Below, in pieces: positions 1-9,493 of a stretch of 64,000 nucleotides of DNA. Location: positions 96,001-160,000 of IMG/VR virus record IMGVR_UViG_3300047558_000077; one strand, written 5' to 3'. Both the position numbers and the translations under genes were made by a program. Numbering within the stretch: the first letter of the stretch is position 1; every line of letters starts with the position of its first letter. This stretch comes from a virus. The notes under the pieces were generated by a model. That model had not been told where the DNA came from, ran no database searches, and saw nothing but the letters and a program-made list of their open reading frames with translations.

Positions 1-2
1 AT

Positions 3-446
3 GCAGGCGGTAAAGGTCATCCTCCACATGCTGGTTGGGTTCTACGTCACGAAGGTCGTGGTCTAAAAGCTGGTCGTGTATGGTACGAAACAATCGTCGC
101 CATGGGTTCAGCTAAGAGCGATGCATCTGACGATACATACTTCCCGGATACATTTATTCAGATCACATCTAATCCATCTAGCAGCACATCAAACGTTGCA
201 TCTAACGTAACATTTACTGTTGCTGCCACGTCAACACCATCTGCTACACTATCTTATCAGTGGCAGGTAAATAACAACGGTTGGCAGAATATCTCTTATG
301 CTGCTGGTCAGTATTTCAATCCAACCACTGCTACACTTACAGCAAATAACGAGACAGCAAATGGCAATGTGTTCCGTGTTCTAGTAAGTTCAACTGGCGC
401 AAACACAGTCAACTCCGCAAACGCTACCGTTCTTTACGTAGTATAA
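3..446 (+). CDS. Virion structural protein with C-terminal Ig-like domain (5' truncated by window edge)
   Basis: Frame is open from position 3 (AGGKGHPPHAGWVLRHEG...GRVWYETIVAM), upstream of the called 102 start; C-terminal Ig-like pattern FTVAAT..LSYQWQ..ATLT..FRVLVS. Confidence 0.6.
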   Translation, partial: AGGKGHPPHAGWVLRHEGRGLKAGRVWYETIVAMGSAKSDASDDTYFPDTFIQITSNPSSSTSNVASNVTFTVAATSTPSATLSYQWQVNNNGWQNISYAAGQYFNPTTATLTANNETANGNVFRVLVSSTGANTVNSANATVLYVV

Positions 447-458
447 GGAGTGATATAA

Positions 459-1643
459 ATGAAATCATTCCGCAATTTTATCAGTGAAGAAGTGCTTCCA
501 TCAGTCCAAGTGGCTGATGGTAGCCTTGACATTAGCAAGCCAGCCGTTCGTGCTGCTATCAATGCTGCCATCGCTGGCGTTGTATCACAGCCTGCGGTCA
601 CACCTTACGTTGTGTTCAATCGTTTATCAAAGCTATTAGCACAGTATCACATTGTTCTACCTAAGAGATTTCTTGAAGGTGATAAAGGTGTAGAAGTATT
701 TGAGCTAAAGCAGTTTGGTCATCGTATGGGTATGACTGACTCCGGCGAGTTTATCAATGAAGTTCCAACAACTCATTATCTATTCTTGCAGTATGGTATT
801 CTTACACCAATGGGTGTGACATATGCTAAGCCACTCGTTGGCGGTATGTTTCGTGTTACTGCTAGATTAGTTGATAAGGCAGAACTTGATAAGCTACTTG
901 ACATGGCTGAAATCACAATGAGTGAAGAAGCCGAAGTTCGTCAGAAGGCAGCTAAGGCTATGGCTCCTAAAGAAGATCCACATACCGCTCTAGGTGACTG
1001 TGACTGTAGCCAAGGCGACTCACCAAGCACCAAGAAAGCAGTCAAGGTTTCTATGAAGAAGATTGACGAAGACAAAGATCCTTGTTGGAAGGGTTATGAG
1101 ATGGTTGGCATGAAGAAGAAGGGTGGCCGCAAGGTACCTAACTGTGTGCCAGTCGAGGAAGAAAAGTCTTTTAATGAAATGACTCCTTCTGAAAAGATGC
1201 AATGGATGAAGGATCAGGTTCAGAAGGGTAAAGAAGAAAAGAAGCGTCTAAGAAAATCTTTGAGAGAAAAGCCAAAGAAAAACATCAAAGAAGAACAGAT
1301 TGATGAGGTTTCTGCTGGTCTTGCTCGCCGTGCAGCACATCATGCCTTTGTAAAGTCAGACAAAATGAAGGCTGACGCCAAAAAAGAACCTGATATGCAT
1401 TCTTATGTTCAGGCAGTTCACAAAGGTGAAAAGAAGAGTAAGCAGGGTATCAAGTTCGCTAAGTATGCTGCCAAGAAGATGGAAGAAGCACAGATTGATG
1501 AAAAGGCTCCTCCAGGTGCCAAGTTTGAGCGTATGGTCAAACACATCAAGAAGGGCTATTCTAAGGACGGTCTAACTGCCAAGGAAAAGTCTATCGCTTA
1601 CGCTACAGCATGGAAAGCAAAGAAGCGTGAAGAAAATAAGTGA
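459..1643 (+). CDS. Probable head-internal protein with T4-like capsid-targeting N-terminus
   Basis: N-terminus MKSFRNFISE resembles T4 internal-protein CTS (MKTYQEFIAE); Lys/Glu-rich with repeated IDE/IKEE; DPCWKGY..VPNCVP motif; GGAG RBS. Confidence 0.55.
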   Translation: MKSFRNFISEEVLPSVQVADGSLDISKPAVRAAINAAIAGVVSQPAVTPYVVFNRLSKLLAQYHIVLPKRFLEGDKGVEVFELKQFGHRMGMTDSGEFINEVPTTHYLFLQYGILTPMGVTYAKPLVGGMFRVTARLVDKAELDKLLDMAEITMSEEAEVRQKAAKAMAPKEDPHTALGDCDCSQGDSPSTKKAVKVSMKKIDEDKDPCWKGYEMVGMKKKGGRKVPNCVPVEEEKSFNEMTPSEKMQWMKDQVQKGKEEKKRLRKSLREKPKKNIKEEQIDEVSAGLARRAAHHAFVKSDKMKADAKKEPDMHSYVQAVHKGEKKSKQGIKFAKYAAKKMEEAQIDEKAPPGAKFERMVKHIKKGYSKDGLTAKEKSIAYATAWKAKKREENK

Positions 1644-1878
1644 GCATCTAAAGAAAAGTAATACAACATACATGGCTCATTTGATTTGGGCCGTGTATGC
1701 TGGCTTTGTTCTAATAGGCACAGGTATTGCTTCTATTATACATGGTCTTGTACCGTCATTGTTTGAAGGCACAACCGCCAAGACAGTGATTGAAATGTTT
1801 TACAGAAGATTGTATAATCATCCAAGTAAAGAATATCAATACAAGATCATGAAGGAAATGAAAAGAGCCAAGAACTAA
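1627..1878 (+). CDS. Small membrane protein (DUF6356-like)
   Basis: HL...TY..H motif followed by hydrophobic segment and IHGLVP. Confidence 0.45.
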   Translation: MKKISEHLKKSNTTYMAHLIWAVYAGFVLIGTGIASIIHGLVPSLFEGTTAKTVIEMFYRRLYNHPSKEYQYKIMKEMKRAKN

Positions 1879-1881
1879 GTT

Positions 1882-2268
1882 ATGTTTGATTTGAACGATG
1901 GCAACTTTTTGATATATGCAGCAAAGCACTATGATCGTCCTCATATAATACAATCGGAGTTCGAGGATGATCTAAACCGTATCAAGTATGTCAAGAGGTT
2001 GCTTCGTAAGTATAGACAAACTGCCGAGTTCAAAGAACGTCTTGTTTTAAATCATGTAATCATTCTAGCAAATGTGTTTGGTGTAGAAGCCACAACTAAC
2101 ATGCTATTCTACAGAGTAGATAAAGAAGATTATCCGCTACTCAAAACTATTTTAATATATTTAAACTATATGCCGATACATCTAAACGTCACGTTTGATA
2201 AATACTACGTTAGACAAGAAGAGATTCCTGTAGACTTGTCTATAGCAGATAAATTGAGGAAGATATGA
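1882..2268 (+). CDS. Conserved T4-like myovirus hypothetical protein
   Basis: NF.IYAAKHY..EF.DDLNRIKYVKRLLRKY..ERLVLNH pattern typical of cyanophage-type myoviruses. Confidence 0.6.
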   Translation: MFDLNDGNFLIYAAKHYDRPHIIQSEFEDDLNRIKYVKRLLRKYRQTAEFKERLVLNHVIILANVFGVEATTNMLFYRVDKEDYPLLKTILIYLNYMPIHLNVTFDKYYVRQEEIPVDLSIADKLRKI

Positions 2269-2678
2269 TAGAAGAAGATGCACCTACAGTAAACGCTGGC
2301 TCTGGCAATATTGCTGGTCTTGGTGTAGGACCTCAAGGCGAGCCTGGTGTTTCTAGAAAAGCGCAAAGAAAGAAACAACGTAATGTGTCAACTCCAACAT
2401 CTGTCATTATAAATATGTTGAAACGTAAGGCACCTAATCCAATCGTAGAAGATTTTGGATCATTTGCCGGATCAGTAGTCTTTGAAGTATCTTCTAAAGT
2501 TTTTCACATGGCTAGAAATGAAAAGCGTAAAGGCAAGCATTGGCGAACATACTTAGACGAAGATGATTGTTTCGCCGATATTAGAGAATATGCCAAGAAG
2601 AACCCTGGGAAAGGAATTGTTCTACGAAATGAAAACACTGGTGAGATGTGTTATGCCCGCTATCCCAAGAAAAGATAG
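2265..2678 (+). CDS. Hypothetical protein (EDAPT..GNIAG N-terminal motif)
   Basis: ORF track; ATGA overlap with upstream gene. Confidence 0.5.
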   Translation: MIEEDAPTVNAGSGNIAGLGVGPQGEPGVSRKAQRKKQRNVSTPTSVIINMLKRKAPNPIVEDFGSFAGSVVFEVSSKVFHMARNEKRKGKHWRTYLDEDDCFADIREYAKKNPGKGIVLRNENTGEMCYARYPKKR

Positions 2679-2695
2679 ACAGGAAAGCAAAAGGA

Positions 2696-3043
2696 ATGGA
2701 AGCAACAATGGTTAATAACAACACCAACGATGATGATAATGCAGTTGGTGGTATTGTAGAAAAAGTTCCACACTTTATCACCGCTATTATTGCGGTAGGT
2801 GGTCTAATCGCTGCCTACTTTATGACCATTGGCGACTTCAAAATGAAGGACTTGGAACTTCAACAAAAAGTCACATATCTTGAATCAAAGGTAAATCGCA
2901 TAGAGGAAACAGTAGACTCCATCAAGTCAAAGTTGGACTCTCGTATTCCTGTTGTAGATAATGAGCGTCAGGATCTTCGTAAGGAAATAGATAACCTTAG
3001 AGAAGTCCTACAGCAAATGAAGCCTTACCTACAGAAAAAATAA
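2696..3043 (+). CDS. Membrane-anchored coiled-coil protein
   Basis: One hydrophobic helix (FITAIIAVGGLIAAYF) then heptad-rich tail. Confidence 0.45.
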   Translation: MEATMVNNNTNDDDNAVGGIVEKVPHFITAIIAVGGLIAAYFMTIGDFKMKDLELQQKVTYLESKVNRIEETVDSIKSKLDSRIPVVDNERQDLRKEIDNLREVLQQMKPYLQKK

Positions 3044-3044
3044 C

Positions 3045-3073
3045 TTGACATTGTGATTAGGATGGTATATCAT
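3045..3073 (+). promoter_or_regulatory. Sigma70-type promoter for primase
   Basis: TTGACA-17 bp-TATCAT. Confidence 0.65.
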
Positions 3074-3099
3074 GCTCTTTCATAATGCTCAGGTGACAA

Positions 3100-4113
3100 A
3101 TGACGGTATATGTAGATAAGAAATATGTTTCTCTCCTCGCTCCTAAACTCAAGCAGTTCAAGCAGCGGGGAGAATTTTTATGGAACTTTCGTTGTCCTGT
3201 ATGTGGAGACTCACACAAGGACAAACTGAAAGCCCGTGGATACATCTACAAGCGCAAAGAAAACTTTGGCTTTATGTGTCATAACTGCGGCAGTTCAATG
3301 TCGTTACAGAAGTTTATCAAGTATGTTGATCCGCACCTGTATAACGAATATCAGTTGGAATCATTTGTTCAGTCTAATACAACTAACACAAAGGTTGATG
3401 TGAATGATTTTGTTAGCAAGCCTAAGTTTGTTAGCAAACCAAAGTCTATTCTACAAACCGATGCTGTAAGATTAAATAGTCTAAATCCATACAATCCTGC
3501 TAGACAATATATGGAGAATAGAAAGGTTCCTATTGATGAACTATTCTATACGGAAGACTTTGCTAAGTTTGTTAGAGATATGTTTCCAGAGAATGACAAA
3601 ACACTATATAAAGAGTCACGCATCATCATTCCATTCTACGACAAGGAAGGCAATCTTCTAGGTGTCCAGGGTCGAGCAATCGGTCCTTCCAAAATCAAGT
3701 ATATAACGATCAAAGGCGATGAAACATATCCTAAGATATTTGGTTGGAATAGAGTTGATACTAGCAAAACTATGTATGTGGTTGAGGGACCCATCGATTC
3801 TCTTTTTCTTAACAATTGCGTGGCTACTATGGATGCAAGTCTGTATATTGCGCCTTCTATAGTAGGTCTTGACTTTGACTATGTTTTCTGCTACGATAAT
3901 GAATCTCGCAACAAGCAAATCGTAAGCAACATGCGGAAAACAATAGACATGGGTCGTAAGATTTGTGTATGGCCCGATACTATTGAGCAGAAAGATATCA
4001 ATGAGATGGTTTTGGCAGGAATGCATCCAAGTCAAATTCAACATATCATAGATAGTAACACGTATGAAGGACTGATAGCAACAATGAAAATGAACCAGTG
4101 GAGCCGAGTATGA
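3100..4113 (+). CDS. gp61: DNA primase (T4 gp61-like)
   Basis: Zn ribbon CPVCGDS...CHNC; TOPRIM VEGPIDSLF; YDNE; KDINEM. Confidence 0.93.
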   Translation: MTVYVDKKYVSLLAPKLKQFKQRGEFLWNFRCPVCGDSHKDKLKARGYIYKRKENFGFMCHNCGSSMSLQKFIKYVDPHLYNEYQLESFVQSNTTNTKVDVNDFVSKPKFVSKPKSILQTDAVRLNSLNPYNPARQYMENRKVPIDELFYTEDFAKFVRDMFPENDKTLYKESRIIIPFYDKEGNLLGVQGRAIGPSKIKYITIKGDETYPKIFGWNRVDTSKTMYVVEGPIDSLFLNNCVATMDASLYIAPSIVGLDFDYVFCYDNESRNKQIVSNMRKTIDMGRKICVWPDTIEQKDINEMVLAGMHPSQIQHIIDSNTYEGLIATMKMNQWSRV

Positions 4114-4946
4114 ACACAGCGAAGATTATTGCGATAACACAGCCATTCGTAAAGACTGAGAACTATGATGAATACCTTTCTCTCTTAGAGAAGGGTGATA
4201 TATCTCCTGCGGAACGTCCGAACAAATATCTTACTGCCGAAGAGTTTATCGCATACACCGCCCGAGTATCAAATCCATCTAATCAGCATAACACACTAAC
4301 CGCACCAAAACTCCTAAAGTATCTAATCTCACATAAGCACTGGTCTCCTTTTGAGATGGTGTCTGTGACTATGGACATTGAAACAACTCGTGACATTGCT
4401 CACCAGATTGTTCGTCATCGTTCATTCTCATTTCAGGAGTTTAGTCAGCGTTATGCTGATCCCACAAAGGACATGGGTTTCGTAACAAGAGAAGCAAGGT
4501 TCCAAGATCACAAGAACCGTCAGAATAGTATTGATGTAGAAGAGATTGCCGATTTCCATACTGCATATACTATTAGAGACGATTTTACAGCACTACAATA
4601 CACAGTTATTGAACAGGCAAAAGTTGCTTATGATATAGCAATCAAGAATGGTATCGCCAAAGAACAAGCAAGAGCAGTTCTACCAGAAGGTCTAACCAAG
4701 ACTCGTCTATATATGTCAGGGACGCTTCGTTCTTGGATTCATTACATTGATGTTCGTGCCGAAGAAGGCACGCAGAAGGAACATCGTGAGATTGCTTTGG
4801 CGGCACAGAAAGAAATCTTGAAGCATTTCCCATCATTGGAAGAGTATTGGTTTCCAACTATGAGTTATTCTATTGAAAAAGTGGAACTCAATACAAAGAC
4901 AAGACCGTTTGGCGAAACTAAACCTTGGTGGAGATTTTGGTCATGA
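4110..4946 (+). CDS. thyX: FAD-dependent thymidylate synthase
   Basis: ThyX motif RHRSFSFQEFSQRY; HWSPFEM; EQARAVLP. Confidence 0.95.
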   Translation: MNTAKIIAITQPFVKTENYDEYLSLLEKGDISPAERPNKYLTAEEFIAYTARVSNPSNQHNTLTAPKLLKYLISHKHWSPFEMVSVTMDIETTRDIAHQIVRHRSFSFQEFSQRYADPTKDMGFVTREARFQDHKNRQNSIDVEEIADFHTAYTIRDDFTALQYTVIEQAKVAYDIAIKNGIAKEQARAVLPEGLTKTRLYMSGTLRSWIHYIDVRAEEGTQKEHREIALAAQKEILKHFPSLEEYWFPTMSYSIEKVELNTKTRPFGETKPWWRFWS

Positions 4947-5143
4947 GTAAGCAACTTCTAAATCTAAGTTCAGAAGACTTTCATCAAAGATTTGGTGAAG
5001 TATATCGCCGAAATCTAGTAGACAAAAACATAAAGAGACCTTGCACTTTAGCACAATGGCAATCCCAGATAATCATTATTGGAGAACTGCCTACAAGTGG
5101 TTTGTCAATCTTTTGTGATATTAAAGATGTCCCATGGTGTTAG
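4943..5143 (+). CDS. Hypothetical protein
   Basis: ORF track; ATGA-coupled to thyX. Confidence 0.35.
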   Translation: MSKQLLNLSSEDFHQRFGEVYRRNLVDKNIKRPCTLAQWQSQIIIIGELPTSGLSIFCDIKDVPWC

Positions 5144-5328
5144 AATTGAAAGACTACATAAAGAACAACTATGGTAAATGTAAAGTCTATGATCCTAAGA
5201 TAAAAAACTCATGTTCATGTATGAAAGATGGATGGTTAGGTCTTGCGTGTCCTAACTGGCAACCTGTGGAATGGAATAGTTTTGAAGAACGAATTGAAGA
5301 ATTGAAAAGAAACAAAGAGGAAGAATAA
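5134..5328 (+). CDS. Small Cys-containing hypothetical protein
   Basis: ORF track; C..CSC..C pattern. Confidence 0.45.
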   Translation: MVLELKDYIKNNYGKCKVYDPKIKNSCSCMKDGWLGLACPNWQPVEWNSFEERIEELKRNKEEE

Positions 5329-5329
5329 A

Positions 5330-5470
5330 ATGATTGAAGATATTGAACACTTCAAAAAGAAGTTAGAAGAAACTACAGACCCTATAGAAAGAAACAAATT
5401 AGTTAAGCAGATTGAACTATTGGAAGATGCTGTTGCGATCTATAGGCTTACACGACCAGAGGAAGAATAA
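5330..5470 (+). CDS. 46-aa hypothetical protein (below ORF-track cutoff)
   Basis: MIEDIEHFKKK...PEEE*; AGAGGA RBS; fills the gap before nrdJ. Confidence 0.5.
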   Translation: MIEDIEHFKKKLEETTDPIERNKLVKQIELLEDAVAIYRLTRPEEE

Positions 5471-7363
5471 ATGGAATCACTATATCAAGAGTTTATCTAT
5501 AAAAGCAGATACAGCCGCTATCTGCCAGAGAAGAATCGCCGTGAGAACTGGGACGAAACTGTAAATCGTTACCTGGATTTCATGGAGAACCATCTACAGA
5601 AGAACTTCAACTATAATATGCAGGACATTCGTCCTCGTCTCTATAACGCCATCTATGATCTCAAAGTTATGCCATCTATGCGTGCTTTGATGACCGCAGG
5701 TGTAGCATTGACTCGTGATAATACATGTGGTTATAACTGTTCGTTTCTTCCTATTGATGATCCTAAGGCATTTGACGAAGCCATGTTCATTCTACTATGT
5801 GGAACAGGTGTTGGATTTTCTGTTGAGCGCCAGTTCATCAATCAGTTGCCAGAGATTCCAGAAAAGTTGTTTGATTCTGAAACTGTAATCTCTGTTAGAG
5901 ACAGCAAAGAAGGATGGGCAAAGGCACTTCGTATGCTTATCTCACTTCTATATGCTGGTGAAGTTCCAAAGTGGGATCTAACAAAGGTTCGTCCTGCCGG
6001 TGCTCCACTAAAGACATTTGGTGGTCGTTCCTCTGGACCTGGTCCTCTTTCGGAACTATTCAAGTTTGTTGTAAAGATTTTTAGGAATGCTCACGGTCGT
6101 CGCTTGACTTCCTTGGAGTGTCATGATATTATGTGCAAGATTGGTGAGGTAGTGGTTGTCGGAGGCGTTCGTCGTTCGGCAATGATTTCACTTTCTAATC
6201 TTTCCGATGACCGTATGAGACATGCCAAGGCAGGTGCTTGGTGGGAAGCAAATCCACAGCGAGCATTGTCTAACAACTCTGCGGTGTATAACGAGAAGCC
6301 TGAAATCGGTTCATTCATGTCCGAGTGGCTGGCACTATACGAATCAAAATCAGGAGAAAGAGGACTATTCAGCCGTGAAGCATGTCAAAAGATCGCCAAG
6401 CGAAATGGACGCCGAGACCATGATCAGTTATTCGGCACAAACCCGTGTTCTGAAATTATCCTTAGACCATATGGATTTTGCAATCTTACCGAAGTGGTTA
6501 TCAGAGCCACAGACACCATTGAACAGATTAAGGAGAAGATTGAGATTGCTACTATTCTCGGTACTTTCCAGTCTACTCTCACTGACTTCCCGTATCTAAG
6601 AAAGATTTGGCAGAAGAATGCCGAAGAAGAAAGACTGCTTGGTGTTTCTCTAACAGGCATCTATGACTCTAAACTATTCAACAATCCAGATGACAAGGGC
6701 ATCAAGGAGCGCCTTGCGTCTCTTCGTGACTTTGCTGTTGAGGTAAATAATGGACTTGCTAACACTCTCGGTATTAATCCTGCTGCCGCTATCACTTGTG
6801 TTAAGCCTTCAGGCACTGTATCACAACTCTGCGACTCTGCTTCTGGGATCCATCCCCGTCATGCTAGTTACTATATTCGCCGTGTGCGTGCTGATAATAA
6901 GGACCCACTCACCAAGTTTATGAAGGACAATGGTGTGCCATGGGAGCCAGATGTTATGAAGCCAGACTCAACAACAGTATTCTCCTTCCCAATGAAGGCA
7001 CCAAAGGGTGCTGTTGTTAGGGACGACATTGACGCAATCAAGCATCTTGAACTATGGGCAGTGTATCAAGAGGCGTGGTGTGAACACAAGCCATCCGTTA
7101 CAATCAATGTAAGAGAACATGAATGGATGGATGTTGGTGCGTGGGTATATCGTCACTTTGATGAAATGTCTGGCGTATCATTCTTGCCTCATGATGGCGG
7201 TTCATATCGTCAGGCACCATACGAGGAGATTAGTGAAGACCTTTACAGGGCAATGTTACCATCTATTCCAAAGTCTCTTGATTGGGACAGTCTGGTTGAA
7301 ATGGAAGATAATGTTGAAGGTGTCCAGACATTGGCTTGCACTTCAGGAAGTTGTGAAATATGA
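5471..7363 (+). CDS. nrdJ: Class II (adenosylcobalamin-dependent) ribonucleotide reductase
   Basis: YNCSF, GGVRRSA, GTNPCSEI, TCVKPSGT and C-terminal CTSGSC redox pair; 630 aa with no adjacent nrdB. Confidence 0.88.
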   Translation: MESLYQEFIYKSRYSRYLPEKNRRENWDETVNRYLDFMENHLQKNFNYNMQDIRPRLYNAIYDLKVMPSMRALMTAGVALTRDNTCGYNCSFLPIDDPKAFDEAMFILLCGTGVGFSVERQFINQLPEIPEKLFDSETVISVRDSKEGWAKALRMLISLLYAGEVPKWDLTKVRPAGAPLKTFGGRSSGPGPLSELFKFVVKIFRNAHGRRLTSLECHDIMCKIGEVVVVGGVRRSAMISLSNLSDDRMRHAKAGAWWEANPQRALSNNSAVYNEKPEIGSFMSEWLALYESKSGERGLFSREACQKIAKRNGRRDHDQLFGTNPCSEIILRPYGFCNLTEVVIRATDTIEQIKEKIEIATILGTFQSTLTDFPYLRKIWQKNAEEERLLGVSLTGIYDSKLFNNPDDKGIKERLASLRDFAVEVNNGLANTLGINPAAAITCVKPSGTVSQLCDSASGIHPRHASYYIRRVRADNKDPLTKFMKDNGVPWEPDVMKPDSTTVFSFPMKAPKGAVVRDDIDAIKHLELWAVYQEAWCEHKPSVTINVREHEWMDVGAWVYRHFDEMSGVSFLPHDGGSYRQAPYEEISEDLYRAMLPSIPKSLDWDSLVEMEDNVEGVQTLACTSGSCEI

Positions 7364-7608
7364 GTGAGTTCAAGGAAATCATAATCAAGGCAAGAGTCCT
7401 CAATACAAAAGAGGAACTTGCCAATATGATGAAACGAGACAAACATAGAAACTATACAGAAGATGATCTATTGCTTGTTTCAAGGTTCGTAGATACAAAT
7501 ACATTTACCCCATGGGCGGTCTTTGCTATAAAAGAAGAAAACACACCGTTCTCGGAATGGTTGAAGTTTGCTGCGCCTATGGAACTAACTGCGAAAGAGA
7601 TGGTATAA
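7360..7608 (+). CDS. Hypothetical protein
   Basis: ORF track; translationally coupled on both sides. Confidence 0.45.
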   Translation: MSEFKEIIIKARVLNTKEELANMMKRDKHRNYTEDDLLLVSRFVDTNTFTPWAVFAIKEENTPFSEWLKFAAPMELTAKEMV

Positions 7609-8009
7609 TGAAAAATCTAATCGTTGCTATGATGCTACTATCTACACCAGCACTTGCTGAAACAAATATCACCGTCAGCAAGTCGCATCAGATGATGCAG
7701 GTTGATAGTGACTATGGTTCTTATCAGTGGCCTGTTTCTACCGCTCGTAGGGGTTTCTATACCCCTACGGGCACCTTCCATGTTCAATCAATGGAGAAAA
7801 TGCATTATAGTCGCCTTTATGATTGGTCGCCTATGCCAAGCAGTATCTTCTTCAATGGAAATATCGCCATTCATGGAACACCGCATACAGGTAACCTAGG
7901 CAGACCCGCCAGTCACGGTTGTATCCGAATTTCTCCAACCAATGCAAAAACACTTTATGACATTGTATCCAAGGATAGAAACGGAACGACCATTAGAGTT
8001 ATTGATTGA
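7608..8009 (+). CDS. L,D-transpeptidase (YkuD family) with signal peptide
   Basis: Signal peptide MKNLIVAMMLLSTPALA; catalytic IAIHGT...ASHGCIR; WPVSTAR, TPTG motifs. Confidence 0.88.
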   Translation: MKNLIVAMMLLSTPALAETNITVSKSHQMMQVDSDYGSYQWPVSTARRGFYTPTGTFHVQSMEKMHYSRLYDWSPMPSSIFFNGNIAIHGTPHTGNLGRPASHGCIRISPTNAKTLYDIVSKDRNGTTIRVID

Positions 8010-8119
8010 TGGTTGATGGTAAGGTGATTCGTCCTGAAACAAATCCTACTGGACATTCTGTTTTCATAACATTCACCTTACCATTATTTAGTAATCTTGT
8101 GATTTAGACGGAGTTATTT

Positions 8120-8497
8120 ATGGATAAAAAATCAAATCTATTCCAACTGGGAGATTTTACATCCCACGCCGGAAACATTCTTCCCTGGAAAATAGAGGCA
8201 GATGCCCTAACTGACGAAGACTGGGAATGTCTCGCCAAGATGATTGCCGATAGATGTTCTTTTGGTTCTGTGTATGGCATTCCTCGTGGTGGTGTAAAAC
8301 TACAAAAAGCATTGGAAAAGTATGCTGAACCTAACAATCCATTTCGTCTTGTGGTAGATGATGTGTATACTACAGGTAAATCCATGAGAGAAGAAATGAA
8401 ACAAGGTGATATCGGTTTCGTTGTCTTTGCTCGTAATAAAGTTGACTTTGATCCAGAAAGATATGTTCGGGCACTATTTACAATGGATGCGACATGA
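8120..8497 (+). CDS. Type I phosphoribosyltransferase (orotate PRTase-like)
   Basis: PRPP-binding loop LVVDDVYTTGKS; GIPRGG; GDFTSHAG. Confidence 0.8.
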   Translation: MDKKSNLFQLGDFTSHAGNILPWKIEADALTDEDWECLAKMIADRCSFGSVYGIPRGGVKLQKALEKYAEPNNPFRLVVDDVYTTGKSMREEMKQGDIGFVVFARNKVDFDPERYVRALFTMDAT

Positions 8498-8769
8498 CAG
8501 AAGACAATTTCAAAGACGGATATCGTCAAGGTTTTACTGATGGGTTCAAACTAGCAAAAGAAATCTATGACAAAGAGAAAGAACCATATAAACCTGTAGA
8601 TTTGTTTCATAAGAAATACAAAAATGATATGGATCATATTGGAGCACCTCCAGTGCCTTCAAATGCTTGTAAAGTTTGTGGTATGAGTTTTGTTGATGAA
8701 ATGGGTAGACCAAAAGTCATGGGTTATGTCTGTGTGCATGATAAGTGCCCATCAAGGATTACATGCTAA
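8494..8769 (+). CDS. Hypothetical protein with C-terminal Zn-finger-like CxxC...CxxxxC
   Basis: CKVCG...YVCVHDKCP. Confidence 0.5.
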   Translation: MTEDNFKDGYRQGFTDGFKLAKEIYDKEKEPYKPVDLFHKKYKNDMDHIGAPPVPSNACKVCGMSFVDEMGRPKVMGYVCVHDKCPSRITC

Positions 8770-8922
8770 CATGACCGACGAACGATTTAGATCCATAATG
8801 GCACTAATAATCAACATAACTCTTTTCATGCTGTTAGCAGAGGCCACTAATCTGTCCTTTGCTATCGGCGCTGTGTTAGGTATATGTGCTGCTTTTGTGT
8901 GGCTAGTGTAAGAGAACTATGT

Positions 8923-9264
8923 ATGGATGAACTGGACGAAATACTATTAGAACAACTACATGCTGCCAAAAGAAGTAAGAAACTGGTAAAGCGTATCAGA
9001 AAACTATTCAAGAATGATCCGGCCATTGATAAAGGCGAAGTCTATATAGATGGTAGAATACAGTTTTTTGAGAACATGATCCAAGATAAGTCATTGCTTC
9101 TCAAGAAGGTCAAAAAGAAGAAAGCAAAACAATCAGACTTGCTGTCAAGGAATCCTGTTTATGAATGGTACAGAAATACTATGCTCATTACCAATCTCGG
9201 TTATAAGATGTTTACGGATTCATTATCGCAGTATATGTCTTATTTCAGAAAGGATAAAACGTAA
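8923..9264 (+). CDS. Hypothetical protein
   Basis: ORF track; start trimmed to MDELDE. Confidence 0.45.
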   Translation: MDELDEILLEQLHAAKRSKKLVKRIRKLFKNDPAIDKGEVYIDGRIQFFENMIQDKSLLLKKVKKKKAKQSDLLSRNPVYEWYRNTMLITNLGYKMFTDSLSQYMSYFRKDKT

Positions 9265-9482
9265 TGGCAGGAGAAAGAGCAGCCATATTTGGACAGTTTA
9301 TTGAAACGTATTCAGAGAGTGATGTTGGTGTTCTAGAACGAGAAGAAACCTATAGAGTATTGCTTGAGGTTCTAGAAGAGTTTGAAATAAAAGGTATGGA
9401 GACATATCTAAACATTGACCCCGCATTTGATGAAGTTTGGAATGAAAAGTATCCACCTGAGATAGAAGACTACGAAGAATAA
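9264..9482 (+). CDS. Acidic hypothetical protein
   Basis: ORF track; TAATG coupling. Confidence 0.5.
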   Translation: MAGERAAIFGQFIETYSESDVGVLEREETYRVLLEVLEEFEIKGMETYLNIDPAFDEVWNEKYPPEIEDYEE

Positions 9483-9493
9483 CTATATAGTCC

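Noticed and set aside
4110-7363. Introns or inteins in thyX and nrdJ
   Set aside because: Both frames are continuous, of ordinary length and without splice motifs
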